Origin: the human T2T-CHM13v2.0 reference genome, Homo sapiens
DNA: 64,000 nt
Reading direction: 5' to 3' (one strand)
Assembly: GCF_009914755.1 (NCBI RefSeq)
Contig: NC_060943.1
Within the stretch, counting starts at the first letter, position 1; every line of letters starts with the position of its first letter. Made by a program: the position numbers and the translations under genes. Under the pieces are notes generated by a model that was given only the letters and a program-made list of their open reading frames with translations, had not been told where the DNA came from and ran no database searches. Positions 27,726-39,365 of the stretch are shown one piece after another.

Positions 27726-28102
27726 ATGTTTTCCCTTGATGTGCTTATTTCCTTTATAAAGATCATCACCATTAAATTACTAGGAGATACTGCGGCTGAT
27801 TTTGTCATGCGTGAGATAAGAAATTTTTTGCCAAAGCAATTAGTGATGAGTGCAATGGAAAAATCCGTGATGATCTTTTAAGATGATTAACTTTCTAATC
27901 CAGAAAATGCTGCTGTTTGTACTGAACAAAATAGCTTTATTTTTATATGACCAGGGGTACATAAAATGCTTCAAAACAACACATAATTTGGCAAAAATAC
28001 TATGTCTTGCCAGCCAGAAGAATAAGTGTGGTTTTATTTCTATGTATATGTCTAGTACCATGCCTGCACTAGAGTTGGGAAATTTTAAAAACATCACCTA
28101 TT
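27726..28102 (+). pseudogene. Family copy B, frameshifted and interrupted by an ERV
   Basis: MFSLDVLISFIK...RNFLPKQLVMSAMEKSVMIF, frameshift near 27880, then MINFLIQKMLLFVLNKIALFLYD; 3' remnant with AATAAA resumes at ~32275-32440. Confidence 0.65.
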
Positions 28103-31100
28103 GATACAGAAGAGAAGTGCTGGGAAGGGAAGGGCATGGTCCCTTTGAATGATACAGAAAAGGTGAAGGAAAGTGATGGGTAGAGGAGGCCGGGGTCCCT
28201 GGCTAGGGCTCCAAACCTGGGCTTGTGCCCCTGGACCTAGATGAGGACAGGCATTTTTGTTTTCCTGACCAAATGATGCATTTCCCAAGATCACCCTGGC
28301 CCACCATGCCCTATCCTGTGCCTAAAAAAACCCTGGGACCCTAGCAGGCAGACACACAGGAGGTTGGACGTCGAGAGGAGCACATCAGTGCAAGAACACA
28401 TGGGTGGCTGCCACTTCTCTCCCTTTCCTGAGAGGGAAAAACTCTCGACGCTGAGAGGAATCCACCAACAGGCACCAGCACTCTGGCAGGCCACCGACCA
28501 ATGGATTGACATAGAGTTTGGCTGGGGCAGCCAGAGGAGAGCCTGGGCCGCTGAATAACCCGACTTCAGGGGAAAACTATTCTCCCTTTTGGCTCCCCCA
28601 TCTGCTGAGAGCTACTTCCACTCAATAAAACCTTGCACTCATTCTCCAAGACCACGTGTGATTTGATTTTTCTGGTACACCTAGGTAACAACCGCGGGAT
28701 ACAGAAAGCCCTCTGTCTTTGGGTTAAGGAATGGGTCTAATTGAGCTGGTTACCACAAAGCCACCTATAGATGGCAAAACTAAAAGAGCACATGGTACCA
28801 CATGTCCACTGGGGCTTCAGCAGCTGTAAACATCTACCCCTAGATGCTGCCATGGGGTTGTAGCCCCACAACTTGCCAGTCTGTATGCTTCCCTAGAGGT
28901 TTGAGCAGCGGAGTACTAAAGAAGCAAGCCACACCCCCACTCCACCTCCTGTGAGGGGGACAAGGAAACTTTTCCCATTTCAACTGGTGGCTCGTCTGGG
29001 ATCTCGGAAGGTGAGTGTGAGTGAATGGGAAACTGTTGGGCCTGCCTTTCTTCCAAAACTCTGCCACTTCTCTCCCTTTCCTGCAGGTAAAAGACTCTGT
29101 TTTCCTTTCATCTCTTTTCTCTCTCACACATTATTTGAAATGGATCTTATCTCTTCCTTTATAATGTTAAGAGTTTTGCTACAGGCTGAGGCAATGTTAC
29201 TAAGTAAAATGAGCATTTGGCTCAGCCGCCAAAGGTGCAAATCAGACCAATTTTTCCTAGAGGTGCCATGTATGCCTCCACCTTGACAGCCCCAGGCATG
29301 AGCGGCTTCCAGGGCACCTCTCCTTACCCTTTTCCCTCCCAGCTCCAGCACCTAGGCATGCCTGCAGCAGGCAAAGGCCACACCCAATAGCCATGAAGGG
29401 GCAGGGGGAGCAATGTCGCAGAAGTGTCTCCCTCCACTGCCTGGGATGAGGGGGGTGTGAGAAAACCGATGGTAGCCAGGACCCTACAGAGTGCTTCTCA
29501 CCCACTGCATCAATGGAACCTTTCCTTCCATGGCCAAGGAATTCAACCTGGTCTGAACTGGGGGAAGGATGGGAAAGTTATAAGGATTAGAGGGGCCCAC
29601 TTGCACTAAGCAAGGGGTTCTTCCCCCAGCATTCCCCACTTTTTGCCTCTTTAACTGTTTTTCTCTTTTTTTCTTTTCTAAGTGAGAATCCCCACCGCTC
29701 TGTTTCTAATAGGGAAGTTAACAGAGGAGTGACCCCTGCTGGCTGATAATTGCAAATTCAGCAGGGCTTATTTGAGGCACTAAATGGATATAAACAGCCT
29801 CTGAAATGCTTTTTCAGTCCCAAACTCAATTCCAAGCTTCAGGCTGAGGCCCTAGAAAGAGAAAGCAGGTCTGAGGAATTCAAAGCCAGGCAACAGGCAC
29901 AATGTAAATGGACAGGACCAATTCCTGCTGACTGAACCCCATCCCACAGAAGGAGGCCATGCCTCATGGGATAAAAAGGCCCAGGGAACTCAAAGTTTTT
30001 CAACAGCAGGGAGAAAAGGAAACATAGGTGAGGGCAGTTAATTCCTAATCTCCAGGTTCTCCCTGCTTCATGGGTACATACCGCATTTGTACCTGTGGCC
30101 GGCACCTGCCAAGGTTGCCAGGGCGCAGGGGTAAGAGGTGGAAAGTGAAGTGAAGATGCTTGCTTTCCCTCCCCATCACACCCTGAGCTTTTTGCCAAAA
30201 GAAGGAAGGGAAATGAGGAACACCTCTATTCCCTGTCTTTCAGAATGGGCAGCCAGTTCTCCTCACCACCCCCAGCTTGTACTCCCCTTGAGTGTATCCT
30301 GAACCATTGGGACTGTTTTGACCCTCAGAATCCAGAGGAAAAGCATCTCATAGCCCTCCGCACATAGGTTTGGCCAAATTATGGTTTACAGGAAGGACTG
30401 GCTTGGCTTCAGGAAGGGACCATTCATTTCAATACCATCCTGCAATTAGAACTTTTCTCTGGATGTGAGGACACATGGTCTGAGGCCCCAAATGTGCAGG
30501 CTTTCTATACCTTGCAAAGCAATCCAGACCTTTGCTGACATGTAGGATTGTTCCAGCCCTCCTGTTTGCTGTCTCGGGGAAGGCTGCCAGGGTCAAGCCC
30601 AGGGAATTAAAGACACGAGTCCCAGACGCACCCCCAGCTGACGTGCCAGCTCCCTCAAGCCCTGCTCCTCTGGGTCCACCCCAACCTCCGTATCCAGCTT
30701 CAGCCTCTCACCTGGCCCCTCCTAGAAATCTTCATCCCAAACAAGCCCAGTCTCACTCTTGCCCCTCCTACAGATGCCCAGTGAATTTGGGCCCAGTAAG
30801 GTCCAAGTCCTCTTTTCCCTACAAGACTTAAAGCAAATTAAGGGAGATCTGGGCAAGTGTTCAGATGACCCTGATAGATATATAGAAGCTTTCCAGAATT
30901 TCACCCTAACATTTGAACTCTCCTGGAGAGACGTTATGTTACTTTTGAGTCAGAACCTGATAGACACTGAGAAGCAGGCTGCTCTGCCAGCAGCAGAGAG
31001 ATTTGGGGATGAGCTTTGCATCACCTATAGCATCAGGGAAGGGAGCGAATATTATCCAACTGGAAGAGAAGTAGCACCAGTGAAGGACCCTAAATGGGAT

Positions 31101-32273
31101 CCCAATAATGAGATGGAAGACTGGAAGAGGAGACACTTTCAGGTGTGCATAATAGAGGGCTTACGTAGGTCTAAGACCAAGCCTCTCAATTATACTAAGT
31201 TGTCCATAATTAACCAGGGATTTGATGAAAATCCCACTGCCTTCCTGGAGAGGCTAAGAGAGGCCTTGGTAAATCACACCTCTCTATCTCCTAATTCAAT
31301 CGAGGGACAGATAATCCTAAAGGATAAAATTATTACTCAGGCAGCTCCTGACATCAGGAGGAGGTTGCAGAAATGGGACTTGGGACCAGATAGTACATTA
31401 GAGGACCTCCTGAAAGTAGCCACCTCGATCTTTTATTATAGAGACCCCTGGGAGGAATCTGACTGCCGTTTTCCCCCAAAACAATGCCCCCTTTCAGCAG
31501 GAAGCAGCTAAGACTGGTCATCATCCATATTCTAATGGCAGTTAGATGTACCTCTTCAGAGGGGGCAAATGACATGAAAGTGAAGTGCTGGGATGGGAAG
31601 GGCATGATCCCTTTGAATGATATAGAAAAGGTGAAGGGAAGTGTTGGATACAGGAGGCTGTGGTCCCTGGCTAAAAGCTCCACACCTGGGCTTGTCCCCA
31701 CGGACCTAGATGACAACAGGCATTTTTGTTTTCCTGACCGAATGTTGTCTTTCCCAAGATCATCCTGGCCTGCTAAGACCCATCCTGTGCTTATAAAAAC
31801 CCCAAGACCCTAGCAGTCAGACACACAGGAGGCTTGACGTCGAGAGGAGCACATCAGCGGAGGAACACACAGGCGGCTGGACATGAAGAGGAACATGACA
31901 ACAGGCACCAGCACACCAGCAGGGCACCGACTTATAGAACGATGTGGATTTTGCCTGGGGCAGTCAGAGGAGAGCCAGGGCTGCTGAACGGCCCCAATCC
32001 AGGGAGAAACCAATCTCCTTTCTGGCTCCCCCATCTGCTGAGAGCTACTTCCACTCAATAAAACCTTGCACTCATTCTCCACGTCCACGTGTGACCTGAT
32101 TCTTCTGGAATGCCAAGGCAAGAACCCTAGGATACAGAAAGCCCTCTGTCCTTGTGATAAGGAATGTGTCTAATTGAGCTAGTTACCACAAGTTGCCTAT
32201 AAATGGCAAAACTAAAAGACCACACGACCACTGGGGCTTCAGGAACTGTAAACATCCACCCCTACACACTGCC
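28103..32273 (+). mobile_element. Deleted ERV1 provirus with LTR1-family LTRs (HUERS-P2-like)
   Basis: 5' LTR 28103-28982; tRNA-Pro-like PBS tggtggctcgtctgggat; gag remnant; no pol/env; PPT agagggggcaaa; 3' LTR 31570-32273, truncated. Confidence 0.8.
30245..31511 (+). pseudogene. Gamma-like gag remnant: matrix broken, capsid frame open 30774-31511
   Basis: MGSQ...TPLECILNHW (MA, with stops); FSLQDLKQIKGDLG, DDPDRYIEAFQ, MHR QGFDENPTAFLERLREAL. Confidence 0.85.
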
Positions 32274-32499
32274 AGTATGAGAAAAATTTGCTGATATGTT
32301 TTCTGCTGACCTGATGACAATGTTCCTATGGTCACACTAACCACTGCTGGGTAATTTTCATCATGACTCTCGTTTTCATCTGCTGAAACCAGCCTCCCCA
32401 AGAAAGACAACTATTTTCAAACTGAGGAAATAAAGTGTTACTAAACCACAGTGTTCTCTCATGGCTGTTCCTGGAGTTCTTCAAAACACTTGATATTAT

Positions 32500-33830
32500 A
32501 AAATAGAATTATTACAGATCACTGTATGTTATGGATTTAGTCAAAATGATAATTTAAAATATGGTTTAAAATAAAAAACTTTATTTTCCAAAGAAGATAG
32601 TTTTTTAAACAAGAATATCCAATAAAGACAGTATGAGGTCAGCTGACTTTAGTGTTGGTGTATGTGTATGTGTGTGTGTGTTTATAGTTTAAAAGGTAAA
32701 CAAAAATGCTTTATTATTTAATATTACGCAAAACTTTTGTTTAAAGGAGAAAATCAAATTTTATTTTTGTTGAAGTTAATTTTTAATAAAATTTTACGTA
32801 AAATCTATGGAATTTTAATCAGTTTGACTCTAAGGTAAGATTTTTATAAAGTTTGCATAACATTTATAGTTCTTTTAAAGAATAGATTAATATTCTAAGA
32901 AAACCCTGCTATTCTGATACATGAACCCAAATTAAGGCCTTGTATCAGAGTGTTTTTAATGAATGTTTAATTTCTTTAAAAACAAAATAATTCCTTAAAT
33001 TTTAACCAATGCTTTTTTTTGTAAAATTTTTATAGAACTAATTTTTACAAATCTTTTACAACTTATTTAAACCTTGAGTCTTGTCTTGTTATTTTTTATT
33101 TTTGAATTTAACATAACTTTTTAGAACTGCAAAACTAGACAAAATTACTGTTTTTTATAAAAACTATATGTTCATGTCTTTTTATAACTTTTTATTAAAA
33201 ATACATTCTACTTTTTCATATACTTTGTATGAGAAATAGTTTTAGTTACATATATTCATTATAATGTTAACTCCAAGCAACTCCTTTTAATAATAAACTT
33301 AGGATGTATGCAATTTTGATAGGTAGCAGTTGCAAAGCCTACTGCAAGGGTCAGAGCTGTAGAAAATGTCTCTTTCCAGCACAGAGAGGGGGCATGGTGC
33401 CCTTCATTTGTCCCCAGGCTTTAGCTAGAACTTAAAGCTCTAAAACAGACATGTAATTCAATTATTTAAAAGATTACAGGAGTTGTTTATGACCTGAAAA
33501 TATTTACTAAGGGCAGTATTTGACCTGTATAATTTAAACCAAATGTCTAAATTCTGAAGATGTTCTAATTTTACTTTACTAATAATTTTAAAGCATGCTT
33601 TATTTTTTAAAGATTTTTAAAGTCAGGTGAATTAAAAGGGATTTGAGTTAAAGTTTTTGTATTTTCTGAGAAAATATTTAGGTGTTTAGTTTTCTAAGCC
33701 GATTAATGAGGGTTTCATCATATATTTTGGTAGTGAAACATTATGTACACATGAGACATCTAAATATACAGACACACAGACAGAAGCAGATTTTATAGAT
33801 TTATAACTTTTTAATTGTTTTTTAAAATAT
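32500..33830. mobile_element. MER4-group ERV internal fragment (unit C)
   Basis: AT-rich; paralogous to 24075-24735 and 39810-40500. Confidence 0.55.
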
Positions 33831-34129
33831 TTTCCATGATTTAAAAAAAAATTATTATTATTTGTTATTTGCCTAGTCAGGCTATTTGAGGGCCGAAAGT
33901 AGTCAAGATCTATTTGTCCAATAGAGGGCGCCCCTCCACGCCGCTGGCTTTTTAGGGAGTCCGTCGATGGAAGACCTGTAATAAAAATAAGGTTGATGGT
34001 TAGGGCTGCTGAGGTGATGAGCCCTAGATTTCTTCTAGTTCAGGAGTCTAAGTCACTCCGCTCATGCAGCTAAGTCATTCCCCAGCCCAGATCCCCACAT
34101 AGCATCATTCTCCCCCTGTCCCGCACCCA

Positions 34130-34320
34130 GACTCACATCACCTTCTTCCTCGTCTGGACTCAAATCTCTCTCTCTGCTCCCCGCTCCATAAGGACACTTG
34201 GGATTCCATTAGGGTCTAGCCAGATAAACCAGAAGAACCTCCCAACATTAAGATATTTAACTTCCTCACCTTTTCAAAAACGCTTTTGCCATAGAAAGTC
34301 ACTTTCACCGGTTACAGGCG
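34130..34320 (-). mobile_element. MLT1 (MaLR) LTR fragment; paralog at ~40750-40935
   Basis: ctcaaatctctctc...taaggacacttgggatt...ttttgccata. Confidence 0.6.
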
Positions 34321-34584
34321 GTAGTTCTTGGTTACAGGAACTTGAAAATGTTCCCTCTTCATATTTACCAGCTTTTGTAAAAAGCATGTTTTCTGTCCTG
34401 TGTACTTGAGCATGCTAAAGTCTTGTCCCCTTAGTGATTCCACCTTCTGTTGCCCAAGCACTAGGGGAGGGTCCTGCTGCCTCTTTTCACCTCTGACATT
34501 TGCACTCTTACCCAACATGGCTACTGATCCGTTGAAAAGGCCGTGAATTTAAATTTAAAATGGTGCCATTTACCACCTCCCTAG

Positions 34585-34705
34585 TTCATTGGCCAGGACA
34601 CTTCCTATCGGGTTAACTTATGACCCAAGTGACTTCTAAAGGGGTGGCTCACCGTGAGGGAGGCACAGCAGAACTTGGACTGAGTCCTGCAGGACTCAAG
34701 TATTA
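34585..34705 (+). promoter_or_regulatory. Promoter and exon 1 of copy C
   Basis: ttcattggccag, gacttctaaagggg, ggctcacc, donor-like AA|GTATTA at 34700. Confidence 0.5.
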
Positions 34706-34849
34706 CTTTTTCCCTTTCATTTGTTTTAAATTTCATTGACTTCTTTGGATCAAATAGCTTACATTGTATTGCTGTTTTTTTTTTTCTTTACCATTTTGTT
34801 GGTGAGGTTTTGGTGTTGTTGCTTTTTTTCTTTCTTTCTTTCTTTTTTT

Positions 34850-35005
34850 TTTTTTTTTAGAAAAAGGGTTAACTTCTATTGCCCTGGCTGGAATGTAGTG
34901 GTGCAATCACAGTTCACTGCAGCCCCCAACTCGTAGGCTTAAGCAATCCTCCTGTCTCAGCCTCCTGAGTAGCTGGGACTCTAGACGTTTGCTACCGTGC
35001 CTAAC
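34850..35005 (-). mobile_element. Alu monomer in the putative intron; paralog at ~41460-41610
   Basis: gccctggctggaatgtagtggtgcaatc...gtagctgggact. Confidence 0.8.
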
Positions 35006-35054
35006 TTTTTAGAAAATTATTTTAAAAAAATATTTTAATCCTTTAGAAAAAAAT

Positions 35055-35360
35055 GTGTTTTCCATAGATTCCCTGTTTTTAAATATAAAGTTTATTGCCA
35101 TTGAAATTTTAAGAGATATTGTGGCACACTGTCTTATGTATGAGATAACAAAATTCCCACCAGAGCAATTAATAACAACGGAAAAGGCAATGACGATGTT
35201 TAACTCGACAATTAAATTCCGAATTAAGCACATGCTGATGTCTATACTAAAAGAAAATTCATTTTTATGCAATTAGTTGTACGTGAAATGTGTCAAAGAA
35301 ATACATAATCTATGAAATAAATGATGCATTATCAGCCAGAACAAGTAAATTTGGTTTGAT
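35055..35360 (+). pseudogene. Family copy C (GTG start, nonsense codons)
   Basis: VFSIDSLFLNIK...KFPPEQLITT...SFLCN*LYVKCV...; out-of-frame tail QPEQVNLV*; acceptor tttag at 35042-35046; AATAAA near 35940. Confidence 0.65.
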
Positions 35361-36325
35361 ATCTATGTATACACCCAGTACAATTTCTGCACTACAGTTA
35401 GAAAAACTTAAAATACAATATAACCTATTTATTGTAAAAGGATGATGAAACATGAAATATGAACAGCACAAATATGTACAAGTATCACTTCTCAATGGAA
35501 AAAATTACGTATAAAAAAACCAGCAGAGTTTGTGGTTGAAATATGAACAGCATGAATATGTACAACTATCACTTCTCGATGGAAAAAATTATGTATAAAA
35601 AACAACAGCAGAGTTTGTGGATGCATTGATAATGGTAAATCCTGTATGTTATGGTAAACATCTTCATGAAAACACATTTACAAACATTTTCTCTGCTGAA
35701 TGGATGATCATGAAAAGGAATTTGTTATCATCACATTTGCTGGACTGAGCATAATGAAAAGGAATATACTACGATCTGGATTGTTGAACTTCCATCCAGA
35801 GAAGAAATTTACTATTGTGCTACAAGCTGCAGTAACAATCTCCTTGTGATCTCAGCAAGGCCTGCAGGGCAATTTACATCAGGACTCCTCTTTTCCTCTC
35901 CAGAACTTCACTTACCTGAGAAAGAGTGTCTTTTGATAAATAAAATATTATTAAATGAGTGTGGTCTTATGACTGTTTCCAGGGTGATTTGCAATGCATG
36001 TTGGGGTGAGTCTCTGGGGTGTGTGCTGAGGAGGGGTGGCTTTTAATCTTGAGAGAATGTATGAAAGGGAAAGAAGGTCTCCACAGCATCTGAGGGGCTA
36101 AGGACCATGACCCTGCCTGGATTTAAGAAATGGGAAGGTTTCAGAGGGTGAAATTAGGTGTTGAGTCTTGGGGGGTGTTTGAGAAGCTCCTGCCTCAGGA
36201 GTGGAAGCTCTGGGGGAAGTAAAGACAATCCTGGGTGCCTCAATGGGGCATTTCCTAATTTCAGAGAAATCAAACCAAAAACAGTGAGGAAATGGACTCC
36301 TTGAAGACTGTGGTCCATGAATATA

Positions 36326-37355
36326 TGTAGGGAAAGGAAAGAGAGATCAGACTGTCACTGTGTCCATGTAGAAAGGAAAGACATAAGAGACTCCATTTTG
36401 AAAAAGACCTGTACTTTGAACAATGGCTTTGCTGAGATGTTGTTAATTTGTAGCTTTGCCCCAGCCACTTTGACCCAGCCACTTTGACCCAACTTGGAGC
36501 TCACAAAAACATGTGTTGTATGAAATCAAGGTTTAAGGGACCTAGGGCTGTGCAGGATGTGCCTTGTTAACAAAATATTTACAAGCAGTATACTTGGTAA
36601 AGGTCATTGCCATTCTCTAGTCTCAATAAACCAGGGGCACAATACACTGTGGAAAGCCGCAGGGACCTCTGCCCTTGAAAGCGGGGTATTGTCCAAGGTT
36701 TCTCCCCATGTGATAGTCTGAAATATGGCCTCATGGGATGAGAAGGACCTGACTGTCCCCCAGCCCAACACCCATAAAGGGTCTGTGCTGAGGTGGATTA
36801 GTAAAAGAGGAAAGCCTCTTGCAGTCGAGATGGAGGAAGGCCACTGTCTCCTGCTTGCCCCTCAGAACTGAATGTCTCGGTGTAAAACCCAATTGTACAT
36901 TTGTTCAACTCTGAGATAGGAGAAAAGCTGCCCTGTGGCGGGAGGTGAGACATGTTTGCAGTAATACTGCCTTGTTATTCTTTACTCCACTGAGATGTTT
37001 GGGTGGAGAGAAACATAAATCTGGCCTGAGTGCACGTCCAGGCATAGTACTTTCCCTTGAACTTAATTATGATATAGATTCTTTTGCTCACATGTTTTTC
37101 ATTGACCTTCTCCTTATTATCACCCTGCTCTCCTACTACATTCCTTTTTGCTGAAATAATGAAAATAATAATCAATAAAAACTGAGGAAACTCAGAGGCC
37201 GGTGCCGGTGCAGGCCCTTGGTGTGCTGAGTGCTGGTCCCCTGGACCCACTGTTGTTTCTTTATACTTTGTCTCTGTGTCTTATTTCTTTTCTCTGTCTC
37301 TCCTCCCACCCAACTAGAAATACCCACAGGTGTGGAGAGGCAGGCCACCCCTTCA
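36326..37355 (+). mobile_element. HERV-K(HML-2) solo LTR, LTR5A-like
   Basis: tgtagggaaaggaaagagagatcagactg...caccccttca; 6-bp TSD aatata; empty paralogous site near 43560. Confidence 0.9.
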
Positions 37356-38507
37356 AATATATAGGACCCAGAACCAGTCCATTGGGGAGGAAGCTTTCAA
37401 GGGACACATTTTGGCTGGGAAGGAGGACAGTGAAGCTCTCCAGCCAGGGAGGACGCCTGGCAGTCACAGTGATCTCGGAGGGGCCCTGCACACTTCCACC
37501 ACTTCCGGTTCCTCGATTCCTCTCCACCACACCCATTTTCTGAGTTCTCCTGGGCACCAGGCACTGGAAGCCGTTCCTGCTCTCATTCCTCACCCCCCTT
37601 TTCTTCATTCTTCAGGGCACGACATTCTCCAACATGTTCACATCCCTCAATTTTCCTTCCCCACCTGTCTGGAGTCTGAAGCTCCAGGCACTGCAAGGAT
37701 GTGAGTTGGGGACCTGTTTGTTCTCCCCGTTTTACTGGATCTTTCAGGGTCTCCATTGTCCAACTTACTAGGAGCCCTGAATGCTTGCCGACTCTACCCC
37801 ATCTGCTCCATTCTGTGGGCTGTGTCCTCTCTCAAACCTCCCAGGTCTTTCAGGCCCAGGCCCCCTCCTCCACTTGCTTGTGCCCAGGCTCCTACCCAGC
37901 CTCTGCTAGGATCCAGTATTGTCAACAATAAATAGATCTCCTTGGAATCAGGGTAACTGGCAAGCTCGGTTGAAGGACGTATGAGAGGATGGAGGTGGAG
38001 AGTTCACTCTCCCAAAGTGCCCCTCACACACACACGCAATGGGGACAATGCCAGAGCCTGACCTTATTTCACAGCAAGCTGCCCAAATCTCACCTTGCTC
38101 AGTGCTGGACACTGAAAACACTGACCCTCCCAGTGAAAGCTGCTCTCCTCTGTTCTTAGTCCCCACGCCAGGCCACTCTGCATTCTGTACCCTTCCCCCA
38201 GGCTGGTGTCCCAGACCGTACTTTACCCAGAGAGCCCTGCCCTCAAACTCACTTCCTCTCCGGACAGGCTTTCTGCCTTAAGCTGCGCTTCTTCCTCGGT
38301 GGTAGCAGGAGGGCTTCCTCTCCCTCCTCCCTCTATGATTTCTTGCACCTAAATGAATCTAACCTTGCTCTCACCTTTGTCCCTTGTGCCCTAACTTCTG
38401 TTGACACCTTCATCTGGTGCCCCTGACATAACCCTGGGGCTCCTGAGCCCTGGGACATTTGTATCTAGACAACCACGAGCCTAACACCCTAAACAGACAC
38501 AGGCATA

Positions 38508-38508
<1 letters not shown>

Positions 38509-38544
<36 letters not shown>
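38509..38544. repeat. (CA)n microsatellite
   Basis: Direct read. Confidence 0.95.
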
Positions 38545-38546
<2 letters not shown>

Positions 38547-38739
38547 AGCACCAAAGCTGCTCCTACCCCAGTCACACTGGAATTAGATGAAAACCCCAGG
38601 CTTTGGACTCCTTGGCTGTGAGGGTCTTCCTGGAAAGAGCCAGGTCCAGCTGCATTTTCTCATACCCTGAAATCGCACCACTACACCCCAGCCTGAGCAA
38701 CAGAGCCAGACTCCATCATTTAAAAAAAAAAAAAAAAAA

Positions 38740-39365
38740 GTACCCAAAAGAGTTCCAGAATAAGATAAAAATGGTTTACATACAATCTCGCTATCTGGGA
38801 ATATAAAGTGCAGTTACTAAAAGCAGGGAATCTCTTTCCTGAAACTATTTCTAACTCTGTGAGGAGCTGCTAGATTCTACAGTGCCTGACAGACAGCTCT
38901 CAAGGGCCGTTTGGCTTGTGAATGGCATTTCCAAGGCAAACACCTTGTTTGAAAGCTGCTGCTCTGGTTAAAGAAGGGTCATGAAAGTCTTTTTTTTTTC
39001 CAGTTATTTGGGTGAAGTATGTTTTTGCGAGCAAATTTACCTTTCCCTCTGCGTTCTCCACATTTTGGGTTGTGATTTTATGACAATATAGTTTGTATAT
39101 TCAACTTATACATATTTATAGTGTTCAGTAAGAGCCTTTTAAAATAAAACAATTGAACACATTGGTTATTTTCACAAGACTCTAACCAAAATAGTATATT
39201 TTTAGGTAAAAACCCAGGAAAATTAACTCAAAAGTAGCCTATATGGCCGATGAATTCTTGCTGCATTTTATGCAAATTATCAGGCCAAGTGTAATAAGCC
39301 TAAAATTGATTTTGCACACAAATGGGTCTTACTGTAATTTCTCTTTAATAGGAAAAATAGGGGGC
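38740..39365 (+). mobile_element. ERV1 internal fragment, preceded by an Alu 3' fragment at ~38668-38739
   Basis: Resembles the reverse complement of ERV internal sequence at ~45180-45700. Confidence 0.55.
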
